Positions 50,756 to 61,653 of a stretch of 64,000 nucleotides of DNA are shown in pieces. Location: the NCBI GenBank assembly GCA_965243135.1, contig OZ251539.1, forward strand, positions 352,001 to 416,000, in the 5' to 3' direction. The notes below the pieces were generated by a model. That model saw nothing but the letters and a program-made list of their open reading frames with translations. It ran no database searches and was not told the DNA's origin. The DNA comes from Alphaproteobacteria bacterium (lineage in GTDB: Bacteria; Pseudomonadota; Alphaproteobacteria; MPNO01; UBA830). Both the position numbers and the translations under genes were made by a program. The number at the start of each line of letters is the position of its first letter. Positions within the stretch are counted from its first letter, which is position 1.

Positions 50756-51694
50756 GTGTCCGTCCGACTTCAGGAAAGTTTCGAGTGGGACCAGAGGAAC
50801 GAACCGTCCCGCGATGACTACGCGCCCGCGCCCGCCCGCACGAACGCATTCCGTTCGATCGGGGAGGACGACGGTCCCGTGGACTCTCTTTCGCAGTCTC
50901 TTCTCGTTCACGGGCACGCGGTGGACGCGCTGGATCTCGTTCCCGAGGAGAGCGTCCAGACCGTGGTCACGTCGCCCCCTTACTGGTCTCTGCGGGACTA
51001 CGAAGTGGACCGGCAGATCGGCAGGGACGATTCTCTCGAGGAGTACGTTTCCGGTATCGTCGACACCTTCGCGAAGGTTCGGAGGGTTCTCGCGGCGGAC
51101 GGCACCGTCTGGCTGAACGTCGGAGACTCGTACACGTCCGGGAACCGGACGTACCGGGCCCCCGACCGTAAGAATCGGGCGCGGGCCATGGCCGTGCGTC
51201 CGCCGACGCCGGAAGGGTTGAAGCCGAAGGATTTGATCGGCGTTCCCTGGCGTCTGGCGCTGGCTCTGCAGGAAGACGGCTGGTGGCTGCGCTCCGAAGT
51301 GGTTTGGTGCAAGCCGAACGCGCATCCGGAGTCCGTTCGAGACCGCCCGACGAAGGCTCACGAGACCGTGTTCCTCCTGTCGAAGAACCAGAACTACTAT
51401 TACGACGAAGAGGCCGTGCGGGGGCCGAACGGCCGGCGCTTGCGGACGATCTGGGAAATTGCCACCGAACCGCGAAAGCGGCCCAACGGCGAAGACCACC
51501 CTGCGGTCATGCCGATGGCGTTGGCTCGGCGTTGCCTCCGCATGACGAGCCGGGCCGGCGACTTCGTTCTGGATCCGTATGCCGGTTCCGGCACGACGCT
51601 GCTTGCGGCCCAGAGCATGGATCGGCGGTGGGTCGGCGTTGAGCTGAAAGAGAAATACGTGAGGTTGATCGAACGCAGGCTCCGCGGGCCATGA
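50756..51694 (+). CDS. Beta-class N4-cytosine DNA methyltransferase
   Basis: VTSPPYW precedes VLDPYAGSGTT; KPKDLIGVPWRLA. Confidence 0.9.
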   Translation: MSVRLQESFEWDQRNEPSRDDYAPAPARTNAFRSIGEDDGPVDSLSQSLLVHGHAVDALDLVPEESVQTVVTSPPYWSLRDYEVDRQIGRDDSLEEYVSGIVDTFAKVRRVLAADGTVWLNVGDSYTSGNRTYRAPDRKNRARAMAVRPPTPEGLKPKDLIGVPWRLALALQEDGWWLRSEVVWCKPNAHPESVRDRPTKAHETVFLLSKNQNYYYDEEAVRGPNGRRLRTIWEIATEPRKRPNGEDHPAVMPMALARRCLRMTSRAGDFVLDPYAGSGTTLLAAQSMDRRWVGVELKEKYVRLIERRLRGP

Positions 51695-52452
51695 CGCTCG
51701 CCGAACTGAAGGAGCGTCTGGAATCGCTGTCTCCCACGGCGACCCGTTTCGTCGCGAGAATGGTGGACTCCCTCTCGTCCCCGCCTGCGGTTCGGTTGAG
51801 CGATTCGGAGACGTGGCTCACGGCCGTCGCGGAGTGGGTCGAGTATTTCGGGCTGGCGCTGTCCGTACACCACGGCACGACTACCGAGCCGCTCGCGCAA
51901 AAGGGTTTCGAAGCCGTGTTCAGGAACGCCTGCGAAGCCGTCGAATGGGACGTCGGGGAGCCGGCTTCGGAAACGCAGAGATTTCTCGACCTCACCTTGC
52001 GACGCGGAGATCTGCCCGAACAGAAGCTGTCGCTGAAGTCTACGGCCGCGAAGAATATTTCCCGGTCGACGGCGCATATTTCCAAGCTCACCGAGGCCGC
52101 GTGGGTGCAGGACATGCGCACCGTCCGAGAACGTCGCGACCGCACCCTCGAACTGTTCCGGGCCTACGCCGAGGCCGTGGACGCAATAATGATGCTGCGC
52201 GCCTTCCGCAAGGGAAAGGAAATCCCCGTTCGATACCAACTGCTGGAGATCCCGACTGCGATTTTTCGGTCGCTACAAGACGCCCCCGTAGCGGCCTTCA
52301 ACGCCGACGGGCCCACCATCGATTGCGCCTATGGAGGGTCGCCGGCTGCAGCGCGCGTGTCGCTCGACCGGTCTGACGCGAAGATCACGGTCAAGCAAAT
52401 CCGGCTTTCGGTCTGTACCGTGCATGCCGAATGGCAAATGACCGGAACCTGA
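51691..52452 (+). CDS. Type II restriction endonuclease, SmaI-like
   Basis: ATGA-coupled to the MTase; FG..L..HH, D.....SLKSTAAKNIS...HISK..E, YQLLEIP and C.VH..W recall R.SmaI (from memory). Confidence 0.75.
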   Translation: MTLAELKERLESLSPTATRFVARMVDSLSSPPAVRLSDSETWLTAVAEWVEYFGLALSVHHGTTTEPLAQKGFEAVFRNACEAVEWDVGEPASETQRFLDLTLRRGDLPEQKLSLKSTAAKNISRSTAHISKLTEAAWVQDMRTVRERRDRTLELFRAYAEAVDAIMMLRAFRKGKEIPVRYQLLEIPTAIFRSLQDAPVAAFNADGPTIDCAYGGSPAAARVSLDRSDAKITVKQIRLSVCTVHAEWQMTGT

Positions 52453-52590
52453 GATAGTCACTGCTGCATGGCGACTTCGTCGAGGTTGGGCCGAATCGGC
52501 GCGTGCGCGTCGGCGCAGTCCTGATCGTCGGCGTTTTCCGGCTTTCTGGAACGGGCCGGAACGATCCGGCAAATTTGTCGCGACAGTTCA

Positions 52591-53550
52591 TTGCCTGAGG
52601 ACGAACGCATCGTGAGTGATTCCCGTTACCGTCGCGCCCCGTCGGAGGAGTTTCGGAAACTCCTTGAAAACGAGTTTGCATGTCTTCCCACCTTGGACGG
52701 GCGGCAGATGCTCGGCGTTGATCTGAACGTTCATCTGCGCCGTGACGATGAACTTCACGTCTATTGCGGCCGCACGCGACTTGTCAAAGTCCGCTGGAGG
52801 AACACGGTTCGACAGATCCACGTCGACGCTCACTCGTCATACAAGAGGCAGCCGTGCGCAGGCAGCTTGTTCAACTCATGGAATCCGGGCGATTCGCATG
52901 AATTCACGAAGGCTCTGCATGCATACCTCGACGAGGTCGTTGTTGGCGGCCAGCAAGTGCAGGGCGAGGGCGAACTGCAGTTTCGATGGTCGCGCGTGGT
53001 TGATCCATGGATCCCCTTCGATCGGGAGGCCGAGCTCGAATCCGGCCTCGTTTTGACCCCGAAAGCCCGAGCCAGGCTTCGAAACGCGGAAAAAGAGCTT
53101 TCCGGCCGAATTAAACGCGACGCGGACGAGTGGAGAACTCGGAAGTCGAACTCCGGGCGAAGCGGCAAAATCGACCAGCTGGCGGTCGATCCGAATGGTC
53201 ATCTGGTGCTCGTCGAACTGAAGAATGTCGAGAGAAGCAACAGTTCTTCCTACTATGCGCCGTTCCAACTACTTCGTTACGTCTGGGAATGGCATTGCGC
53301 CCTGGACAGCGCGTACGAAGAGCTGAACAAGATGATCGAGGCGCGAAAAAAACTGAACCTTACGTTGCGCGAAGCATCCCGCATCAAGGGCGGTCTGAGA
53401 GCCGCCGTTTGCTTCGGGGCCGATCGGCGAAGTTGCGAAATCCGGCGGCGCTATTGCATCGTGCTCGAAATCGCCAACCGCCATCTCCCGGACGGCGTTC
53501 CGCCAATCGAAACATGGGCGTTCGAGGGCAGTAGGCCTGTGCGGCTTTAG
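52591..53550 (+). CDS. Hypothetical PD-(D/E)xK (NucS-like) nuclease
   Basis: KIDQLAVDPNGHLVLVELK...QLLRY. Confidence 0.7.
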   Translation: MPEDERIVSDSRYRRAPSEEFRKLLENEFACLPTLDGRQMLGVDLNVHLRRDDELHVYCGRTRLVKVRWRNTVRQIHVDAHSSYKRQPCAGSLFNSWNPGDSHEFTKALHAYLDEVVVGGQQVQGEGELQFRWSRVVDPWIPFDREAELESGLVLTPKARARLRNAEKELSGRIKRDADEWRTRKSNSGRSGKIDQLAVDPNGHLVLVELKNVERSNSSSYYAPFQLLRYVWEWHCALDSAYEELNKMIEARKKLNLTLREASRIKGGLRAAVCFGADRRSCEIRRRYCIVLEIANRHLPDGVPPIETWAFEGSRPVRL

Positions 53551-53973
53551 GCAAGGGTTGCGGCGTTGCGGAAACGGTTTCAGAAGGATGGCGGACGGCG
53601 GCGAATTCGGAGCTCGCGGCGTGGCGGCCGATGCGCGAGGTGAACCAGCAAGACGTCGGTCGAGGAAGAACGGCAAACGGAGGTCGCCATGCCAACGGCG
53701 CGTGTGCGGCGACGCCGTGAGCGCGAGAATTTCGCCGACGGCTTCATGCGGGCCGGCGCGAGCGGCCGCTATCCGCAGGTCGCTTTTTTCATACTCGCCG
53801 AAGGAACGAGCGCAAACCCGGTACGATTCGCAACCCTCTCTGCGCGGATTGGTTTCCTGACGGCATTCGCCCGGCGAGTCGTGAGCTCGTCTCTTTCATT
53901 TCCGGGCGAACGCCGGAACCCATAACGGAATCCGCACGGCAGGTTCCGGCAACGCTTGACGGATGAGCATCGC

Positions 53974-56900
53974 ATGAAGATTTCAGGCATCGATTTTCCT
54001 TCTGCGCTGATGGCCGCGCTCCGCGACGGCCGGTTGGTCGTTTTTGCCGGGGCGGGCGTCTCAAGGGGAGAACCGGCCCTGCTTCCGAACTTCGAGGAAC
54101 TGGTGGAGGAAGTGGCACGAGGGACCGGCAAGAAGCCGAAGGACGACGAGACGGAAGACCGCTTTCTGGGACGGCTTCTGCAAGACGGCGTTAAGGTCCA
54201 CGACCGTGTCGTTCGGATCCTGAAAGGGAACGGCAGAACGCCCGCGCCCACCGATCTGCATCGCGATTTACTTCGGCTTTATCCAGATCCTGGATCGGTG
54301 CGGGTCGTCACCACCAATTTCGATCTACTGTTCGAGCGTGCTGCCGAAACGGTCTTCGAGCAGCCGCCGACGGCCTATACGGCACCGGCGCTGCCCCTTG
54401 GGCGGGAGTTCGACGGAATTATCCACGTTCATGGATCGCTTGACCGGACCGGAAGCATGGTGCTGACGGACGAAGACTTCGGACGCGCCTATCTCGTCGA
54501 TGGATGGGCGCGCCGCTTTCTCGTCGAGATGTTCACCACGTTCACGGTCCTCTTCGTCGGATACGGTCATAACGACACGATCATCAATTATCTTGCGAGA
54601 TCCCTGCCGGGCGGCGGCGGTGACAAACGTTTTGCGCTTGTGTCCAAATGCGAGGATACGGTGCGCTGGCGTCACCTCGGAATCGAACCGGTCACCTATC
54701 CGCCGGACGACGGCCGCGCCGCTTTGCGCGGCGGGGTTGGTCGGCTGGCGGACTACAGCCGTCGCGGCCTTCTGGACTGGCGGCGAGAGATATCTGAGCT
54801 TGCCCAAAAGGGACCGCACGGTCTCGGCGTCGAGGACACGGATATCCTCGACGATGCGCTGTCCGACCGGGCGAAGGCCGGATTTTTCGTACAGGCCGTA
54901 AAATCCCCCGACTGGATCGAGTGGCTCGACAGCCGAAACCATCTGGCTTTTCTCTTCGGCGACAGCGATTGGGGAGAACGCGAGGGTATCATCGCCCGCT
55001 GGCTTGCAAACCAATTCGTTCACGAACATCCGGACCGCGTCCTCGCTCTTGTCGCCGGTCAACATATGCATCCGAAGATGCATCCGAATTTCTGGTTCGA
55101 ATTGGGAAGGAACATAGGAGATGGCGAAAGAACTCTCGATCCCGAGGCGCTCGCCCGCTGGGTAACGCTGCTTCTTGCCAAAGCTCCGGAGAAACCCGAG
55201 AGGCATGTCTGGCTATGTCTGGGAGAGCGCTGCGCGGAAACCGGATTGACCGATAGCCTCATCGAAATTTTCGCCGCCATAGCGGCTCCACGGCTCGCGG
55301 TTCTGAGTACCTGGTTCGATGGCAACAACGGGAAGATGTTGTCCTTGGTCGAAGCTGGGCCTTCGGTCGATCACTACGTGATCAGCGAATTTTGGAAAAA
55401 GTCGCTGAAACCCAATATTGAGCAAGTGCCGGAAAGTTTGCTCGCTGTCGCTGTCGAACACTTGATGTCGCAACACCGGCTGCTGGTCGCCTGGCGGCAT
55501 GCAGACAGGTCTTGGAGCACGACGTCGATGAACCGCCATGCGATCGAACCCCACGAAGACGACGAATATCCCGAGAACATCGACGTCGTGATCGATGCCG
55601 CGCGGGATTGCCTGGAGTGGCTTGAAGGCCGTCGGCCGGAGGCGGCGTCGCATTGGCGCGAACGGCTCGCCGGATCGGAGGCGCCTGTCCTGCGGAGGCT
55701 GGCCGTGCATGCTCTGTCGGAACGCACGGTTTCTGACCCGAACGGAAAGATCGATTGGTTCCTGGCTCATCTGGATCTTCAGGACGAGGCGGCCGGGCGG
55801 GAGATTTCGCGATTGGTGAAACTGGCATATCCCGAAGCCGACCGAGATCGAAGGCGGGCGGTCATTGAGGCAGTGTGCGATTGCCGTTTTCCGGGAGACC
55901 CCGAGGAAGCGGAACGACGCGCCGCCGACTATCGTTATTGGTGGTTTCGCTTTCTTGTCGACGCGGCGCCGGACTGCGATCTGGCTAGCGAAGCGCTGGG
56001 GCAGTTGCTGAAACAGTATCCGGAACTTTCCGGCCGGCGAGAAACTGGAACCGGTTTGAAACCCGTCCCGACCGCCGCGAAATTGCTGGCGAGCCCGGCC
56101 GTCGAATGGACCGACGAACTGTCCTCCATCTACCCGGCGGCGGGAGCGAGCCAGGGTCGGCGCGCCGAAAGCGTCGAGCAGGCGGTCAGGCAGAATGCGG
56201 ACTGGGGCCTCGATCTGGCGGATGCGTTGGAGAGAAGCGAAAACTGGAACCCCGCTCTGTGGGAAGCTCTCCTGAACGCTTGGAGGGACGCGAAACCCGA
56301 CGACGGAGAATGCCGGAAGATTCTCGCGCATCTACGACAGCCGGAGTTGCAGCAGGGGCACGCGGTCGCGATCGCCCGGTTTTTGCCGGATTTGGCAAGG
56401 GACGACCGCATATCGGATCCGTCGCTGAACGTGGCGAAGGGGATCGCTGGCGCTCTATGGCGAGACTTCGACAGGGGCAGTCCGGCCGTCAGAATTCACA
56501 AGGATTGGCTGATGACCGCCATCAATTGCACTCCTGGATTGATCGCCGAATTCTGGCTGCAGGTGCTGTCCCGCTGGAGGAAACGCCAGGATTCCGTACC
56601 AGCCGCCCTTGGTGGCGTGTACGAAAAAGCGTTGTCAGACATTGTGGAGGATCGGTCGGATGCCGGGACGCTTGGAAAAACGGTGCTGGCGAGCCAGCTG
56701 GCTTTTCTTTTGGCGGTCGACGAAGACTGGACAAAAGAACGGTTGCTTCCGCTGTTTACCGATAATCGGCATCCGGAAGACAGGGACGCGGTTTGGGACG
56801 GTTTTCTCGTCCGGTTGCGTTTCACGCCCCGGCTGGCGGAACTGACCGAAGACGCATTTCTGAATGCCGTTGAACGCGTCGATACCGGGTTTTCCGCCCG

Positions 56901-57453
56901 GCGCAGGAATTTCATCCGAGGCTACGTCATTCAGTTGGCGTATTTCTCGGACGACCCGTCGAAAAATTGGATTCCGAAGTTTTTCGACCACGCCGGCAAG
57001 GGCGCGCGAAGCGGTTTCGCTACGCATGTCGGCCTTGAGCTCCACAAAATGAACGAGGCCCGGCAGGAAGAATGGTGGGACCGGTGGTTGGGCGAATACT
57101 GGAGAGGCCGCCTGGACGGCAAGCCGAAGCAGCTGGACGACGGCGAAATCGGTTGCATGCTCAAATGGTTGCCTGGTCTGGCTTCCGTGTTTCCGAAAGC
57201 GGTCGACTTGGCGATCGAGATGCCGCCTGTCGAACTGAAACGAAGCATGATCGTCTACGAAATCGATCAATCCGACTTGTGGAAGCGTTACCCGGATGCG
57301 GTGGCCAAGTTATTGTTGCATTTGCGGCAGTCTGGCTCCCCTGGTTACATTTGGTACAGGGGCAAGGAACTTGTCGCCAAACTCCTCGAAATGAACATCC
57401 CGTCCCATCTCGCAGACAAGCTTCGGGAGCTTGACGCCGAAGCGGGCTGGTAA
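53974..57453 (+). CDS. SIR2-domain protein with long helical C-terminus (DSR1/DUF4020-like defence sirtuin)
   Basis: VVFAGAGVS, VTTNFD, HVHGS, LFVGYGHND, then about 900 aa of helical sequence. Confidence 0.85.
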   Translation: MKISGIDFPSALMAALRDGRLVVFAGAGVSRGEPALLPNFEELVEEVARGTGKKPKDDETEDRFLGRLLQDGVKVHDRVVRILKGNGRTPAPTDLHRDLLRLYPDPGSVRVVTTNFDLLFERAAETVFEQPPTAYTAPALPLGREFDGIIHVHGSLDRTGSMVLTDEDFGRAYLVDGWARRFLVEMFTTFTVLFVGYGHNDTIINYLARSLPGGGGDKRFALVSKCEDTVRWRHLGIEPVTYPPDDGRAALRGGVGRLADYSRRGLLDWRREISELAQKGPHGLGVEDTDILDDALSDRAKAGFFVQAVKSPDWIEWLDSRNHLAFLFGDSDWGEREGIIARWLANQFVHEHPDRVLALVAGQHMHPKMHPNFWFELGRNIGDGERTLDPEALARWVTLLLAKAPEKPERHVWLCLGERCAETGLTDSLIEIFAAIAAPRLAVLSTWFDGNNGKMLSLVEAGPSVDHYVISEFWKKSLKPNIEQVPESLLAVAVEHLMSQHRLLVAWRHADRSWSTTSMNRHAIEPHEDDEYPENIDVVIDAARDCLEWLEGRRPEAASHWRERLAGSEAPVLRRLAVHALSERTVSDPNGKIDWFLAHLDLQDEAAGREISRLVKLAYPEADRDRRRAVIEAVCDCRFPGDPEEAERRAADYRYWWFRFLVDAAPDCDLASEALGQLLKQYPELSGRRETGTGLKPVPTAAKLLASPAVEWTDELSSIYPAAGASQGRRAESVEQAVRQNADWGLDLADALERSENWNPALWEALLNAWRDAKPDDGECRKILAHLRQPELQQGHAVAIARFLPDLARDDRISDPSLNVAKGIAGALWRDFDRGSPAVRIHKDWLMTAINCTPGLIAEFWLQVLSRWRKRQDSVPAALGGVYEKALSDIVEDRSDAGTLGKTVLASQLAFLLAVDEDWTKERLLPLFTDNRHPEDRDAVWDGFLVRLRFTPRLAELTEDAFLNAVERVDTGFSARRRNFIRGYVIQLAYFSDDPSKNWIPKFFDHAGKGARSGFATHVGLELHKMNEARQEEWWDRWLGEYWRGRLDGKPKQLDDGEIGCMLKWLPGLASVFPKAVDLAIEMPPVELKRSMIVYEIDQSDLWKRYPDAVAKLLLHLRQSGSPGYIWYRGKELVAKLLEMNIPSHLADKLRELDAEAGW

Positions 57454-57776
57454 CGCGATGAAATTCGAGGCGCGGCGCTTCAAGCATGGCAAGACCAAAC
57501 GGAAACGCCTTCCTTCCGGGCGCGGATCATACTTCCTTGATTATTTTGCACCTGAAACTGCCGATTATCGTGACTGCTCACAGTTGCACAACAAATGCTT
57601 GCATCAACGGAGGCCGCCATGCACGAGCGCTAGGCAGTGGATGACGGAGGAAGGCGACGGACTTGACGAACACCAGCGAAATGCCAACATGAACCGGATG
57701 GGACAATCCTCCGTCGGCGGCGGTCGAACGAGAGGTAGGCTGACGATACAGGATGACAGGCGTGACCCTCGGAGAA

Positions 57777-58508
57777 ATGAAGAAACCGCGTTACGTTATC
57801 GCCGCCGCGTTCTTGGTCATGGTAACGGTCGGCACGGTCGCCGACATCTTCTACGGCTTCCGGCCGGTGATCGAAAACGCCCGGGCGCAGGCCATGGAAC
57901 GGCGGCCGTCCGCCACGCCACCTGCCGTGAAGACGCTGCAAGACCTATATGCAGAGCTGCAGCAGTTCAAGGACGATCCAGAGTTTCGCCGAGTCGGGTA
58001 TGGGCGATGCTGCAAGTACTTCCAATGGATGCAGCGGGTAGAAGCGTTGCAGGGGCAGGCCAGCCCCAAGGAGTTCATGGATGGCTTCGGCATTCTCCCA
58101 AGAGAGCTGGTGCAGCTGGGATGGGAATACTTCGGAGGGCATGAAGAAAGCGCACAATACTGGGAAAAGCAGATTGCCGGGGCGAGAAACCCAGTATCAA
58201 GCCTGCCAAAAGTCGACCGAGCCGAAGAAGATGGCCTGATCGGATCATGGACGACGACGAGCTTGTTCAGGGGGAAACGAACAGATTTCGTGATGCACAG
58301 GGAGGACGGACAGATCATTCTCACCTCAAGCTACCACGATGGGTCATCGAGAAAGCAGGTGCTCGATGAGATCGAGCCGCAAGCAGGACAGCTCCGACGA
58401 TTCCGGGAGAGAGACGGCGAGTGGAACGAAACTATGGTCATCCTCAAGGACGGAGGACTCGGCATGTACGATACCGACGGGCTCATCTTCCGAGCCGACC
58501 GGCAGTAA
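57777..58508 (+). CDS. Hypothetical exported or membrane-anchored protein
   Basis: N-terminal hydrophobic helix; coding bias. Confidence 0.7.
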   Translation: MKKPRYVIAAAFLVMVTVGTVADIFYGFRPVIENARAQAMERRPSATPPAVKTLQDLYAELQQFKDDPEFRRVGYGRCCKYFQWMQRVEALQGQASPKEFMDGFGILPRELVQLGWEYFGGHEESAQYWEKQIAGARNPVSSLPKVDRAEEDGLIGSWTTTSLFRGKRTDFVMHREDGQIILTSSYHDGSSRKQVLDEIEPQAGQLRRFRERDGEWNETMVILKDGGLGMYDTDGLIFRADRQ

Positions 58509-59045
58509 GCTTCAGAAGGAGATGCGCGGGCTTTCATCAGATCCTTGCACAGCCACGGCATGCCGTTGTTCCTTGGCACTCGGTAGATTTGAACGTAGGC
58601 CTTGAAGTAGCCGTAGCCCTGCCAAGCGGTCCCCGGGCAACGGCTCGCGTTTGGAGAATTAGAAGCCTGCGGGCCGCTCTGCGACGACCACGAAGGTCTG
58701 GACATCGAGGTTTTCGGGCGGTGCCCTACTTTTGACCATGACTCGTTCGGCGAGGTAGAGCACCGCGATTTCATCTGCCCCCGTCAACTCCGAGAATCGC
58801 CTGAACAATGGCAAGCTACCGTCTCGGCGGTCGGCTGATCTGACGGGAACGTCGTCCGGTGGCTTTGTTTCAACTTCGACCTTCCCCGGTCCTTGTCGCT
58901 GTTCCGCCTGCCGGAGCCAGCACCTCCTTGGTCTGGAAGCGTTCTAAATCTGGACGTATCGTCTGTTACTGACACCGCCATTCGGCCTGTCTTGACAACG
59001 CCGCCTGGTCGGGTCAGCATTCTCATCGTCTGTTGGCGGGGTACG

Positions 59046-59864
59046 ATGAAAGTGTTCGACCTGACTCCGATCATCCGCGGAGCGATCGCGGCTGGATTTT
59101 TGCTTGCGATTTCCGAAGCCTCTGCCCAAACCGAGGATTCTAGTAAGGCCAATGGTGCGGCGTCCGAGTCGCCTCAGGTCACCGAGGCATTCTGGCGGCT
59201 TGACCGGCTTGCAGCGGAACTCGAAAAACGGCGGCGCAAGTTGATCGGCAACCGCCGTTCTCTTTCTGCCGACGGGAGAACTGCAACGCCGCCGCCAACT
59301 CTTCCTCGGTCGGCGGTTTCGCCGCAAGCGGCCTCGGGCGTTCCCTCGGGCACGCCTCTCTCCGCTCCCGCAAACCTGTCGCAGGCCGGGATTTTCCGAG
59401 GCGCGCCGCGGTGCGATGCTCGCGAACTGCTTGCGAAGAAGGTGGAGACTCACCTTCGCATCAACAAGGAGCACGGCAGGCTCATCAACAGGGTGAACGA
59501 AAAGCTCGTTCGGTACCGAATGCGTGTTCTGGACATCGAACGCGTGTGCAAGGAACGGTTGCAGAAGGACATCGAGTCCGATATTGCGCGGCTCGAAAGG
59601 CTCGATCTCGAAACGCAACGGCGGGCGGTCGGCGAGGCCGTGGCATGTTTCGATGCCCTGCGCAGGGCTACCGAAAGCGAGGCCTCCGCAACGCGATCGA
59701 CCATTCGGATACAGCGTCTCGTCGCGGAAAGGGCGCGGCTCGACAAGCTGAGCAAGCACACGATGGAACTTGAACGGGCGTTGGAGCGCGGCGTGAGCAA
59801 GAGGAAACGGCTCATGCTGGAACTGACGGAATTTCAGCAGGAGATCCGGAGTGCATGCAGCTGA
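59046..59864 (+). CDS. Exported coiled-coil protein
   Basis: Signal-like N-terminus, Pro/Ser linker, heptad-rich C-terminal half with spaced Cys. Confidence 0.75.
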   Translation: MKVFDLTPIIRGAIAAGFLLAISEASAQTEDSSKANGAASESPQVTEAFWRLDRLAAELEKRRRKLIGNRRSLSADGRTATPPPTLPRSAVSPQAASGVPSGTPLSAPANLSQAGIFRGAPRCDARELLAKKVETHLRINKEHGRLINRVNEKLVRYRMRVLDIERVCKERLQKDIESDIARLERLDLETQRRAVGEAVACFDALRRATESEASATRSTIRIQRLVAERARLDKLSKHTMELERALERGVSKRKRLMLELTEFQQEIRSACS

Positions 59865-59865
59865 C

Positions 59866-60531
59866 ATGGGGCGTCTTGGGCGGCGCGAGGGAGGACCGGG
59901 GCTGGCCTTCCGGGTCTTCCTCGTTCTCGCGATCTGCGTCGCGGGGTGGGCTGCTGCAGCGGCGCAGGAGAACGCGGTCAATCGGGAGAGCATCGACGAA
60001 AGTTTCTCGGAAATCACGAAACTGCTCACCGAGTTGGACGGCGCCACTGCATCCGCCCAAAGCGCACTGGAAAACGTGAAGAACATGGACATCGAAAAAC
60101 GCCGCGTGGCGACCGACAAGCTCTTCGAAAACCTTAAGCGGGAAATCAACAAGGTGCTTGACGGTTTTTCTCCGAACAGCGTCCTCGTGGACAATCTGGA
60201 GGGAGCCAACGCCAGGATGATCGTTCTGAAGAGATGGTTGGAACGCCAGCCTCCGGACTATCCTCGGCGCGACCAGCTCATCATCGAAGTCGACGGCACG
60301 ATCAAGAGGTATGGCGAACTCGGCCGGTCGATTCAATCCGGTCGGCGGCAAGCGCAGAACGCGTTGCGCGAGCTCGCGCGCACGCAATTCTATCTGGAAA
60401 TCGAATCGATGGTGACCTCAGCCTCGCACAGCGTGAAAATGACCGAAAATCTCGTCAGTACGCTGCGAAAACTCAGCACCAAGGTAAGCGAGCTGGCGAA
60501 GCAGAAGACCCCTCGCGCAGTTCCGAACTGA
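59866..60531 (+). CDS. Exported coiled-coil protein
   Basis: Signal peptide ending AAAAA-Q; all-helical; starts 1 nt after the previous stop. Confidence 0.78.
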   Translation: MGRLGRREGGPGLAFRVFLVLAICVAGWAAAAAQENAVNRESIDESFSEITKLLTELDGATASAQSALENVKNMDIEKRRVATDKLFENLKREINKVLDGFSPNSVLVDNLEGANARMIVLKRWLERQPPDYPRRDQLIIEVDGTIKRYGELGRSIQSGRRQAQNALRELARTQFYLEIESMVTSASHSVKMTENLVSTLRKLSTKVSELAKQKTPRAVPN

Positions 60532-60557
60532 CCTCGACCCCGGGAAAGGATCCAAAA

Positions 60558-61208
60558 ATGATAACTCTCGCCGCCGCTGCCGTGGCTTTTCTCATGGCCT
60601 TCGCCCCACTGACCGCGAAAGCCCAGACCGGCGGTTCGGTTGCGAACGATGCCGTGGACGGGAAACAACCAAGCGTTGCCCGCTTGCTCGGTGACGTGGG
60701 CGAGGTCGCTGACCGGCTTACCAAGAACATGGCCGACGTGCAGGAGGCCCTTGCCAAGTCCGTGAAGAGCCGCGACGAAGGAACAAAGCTTTTGGAGCAG
60801 GTGAAGGCGGCCGTGGAATCCGTCCACGGCAGCCTGGCGAAAGAAAGCGGCATCTGGACCGAACTGACCAAGGCGATTCAGGTTTGGGACGATAACCGCA
60901 CGGCCGCGCTCGAAAAGGCGGAGACCAACCCTGCCTTCGACGAAATTGCCGAGCAATGGGGGGCGAGGATCGAGCAAGCCGGTTCGTTGCGCGAGCAGAT
61001 CCTCACTCAGCGAGCGGAGGCCAAGGCGTTGCTTGACCGGATTCTGTCGGACCGCGAGCTCGTACTGGCCTACTATGACCTGGAACAGGCTGATCGCGCT
61101 TTGGAGGCCTTGCAGATGGTCAGCAAGGAATTGAGCGTCATGAACGATTCCATGCAGAAGATTGTCGATCAGGTGCAGATGGTTGCCGCTCCGGCGGTTG
61201 CCCAATAG
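60558..61208 (+). CDS. Exported coiled-coil protein
   Basis: RBS aagga; signal peptide ending AKA-Q; all-helical. Confidence 0.8.
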   Translation: MITLAAAAVAFLMAFAPLTAKAQTGGSVANDAVDGKQPSVARLLGDVGEVADRLTKNMADVQEALAKSVKSRDEGTKLLEQVKAAVESVHGSLAKESGIWTELTKAIQVWDDNRTAALEKAETNPAFDEIAEQWGARIEQAGSLREQILTQRAEAKALLDRILSDRELVLAYYDLEQADRALEALQMVSKELSVMNDSMQKIVDQVQMVAAPAVAQ

Positions 61209-61290
61209 AACGAACGAGACGGATCGCTTCCTCCGGATGCCCGAGGCCCGGTTCCGGCGGACGATGCCCGGCGGTCCTTCGCATTGGCGC

Positions 61291-61653
61291 ATGGCTTCGG
61301 CTGCATGGTTGATCGCGGGTATCGGTCTGACGTTTTCCCTGGCGGTTATGGCGGATCCCGCGATGCCGCCGCCAACCCGCGGTTTGCCGATGGGCGACGC
61401 TGCGGCTTCCGTCGCGGCGAGCCTCGAAAAGGTCGATCTCCTGCTCTCGGAGATCGAGGCGCGTATTGGCAGCGCGCGCCGTCAGGCGCAGAACCTGCTT
61501 GACCGCGCCGACGCCGCTCAAGACCCTGACGAGCAGTCGCGCTTGGAGGAACTGCACGGGAGGTTCACGGCGGTAGCGGAGAGGCTTGAGGATCAGAGGT
61601 CGCGATTGCAGGAAACGCGCGAAGAACTGATCGCCGCCGGAATGCGCCCGTGA
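61291..61653 (+). CDS. Small exported coiled-coil protein
   Basis: Signal-like segment followed by a helical hairpin; GTGA overlap with the next gene. Confidence 0.7.
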   Translation: MASAAWLIAGIGLTFSLAVMADPAMPPPTRGLPMGDAAASVAASLEKVDLLLSEIEARIGSARRQAQNLLDRADAAQDPDEQSRLEELHGRFTAVAERLEDQRSRLQETREELIAAGMRP

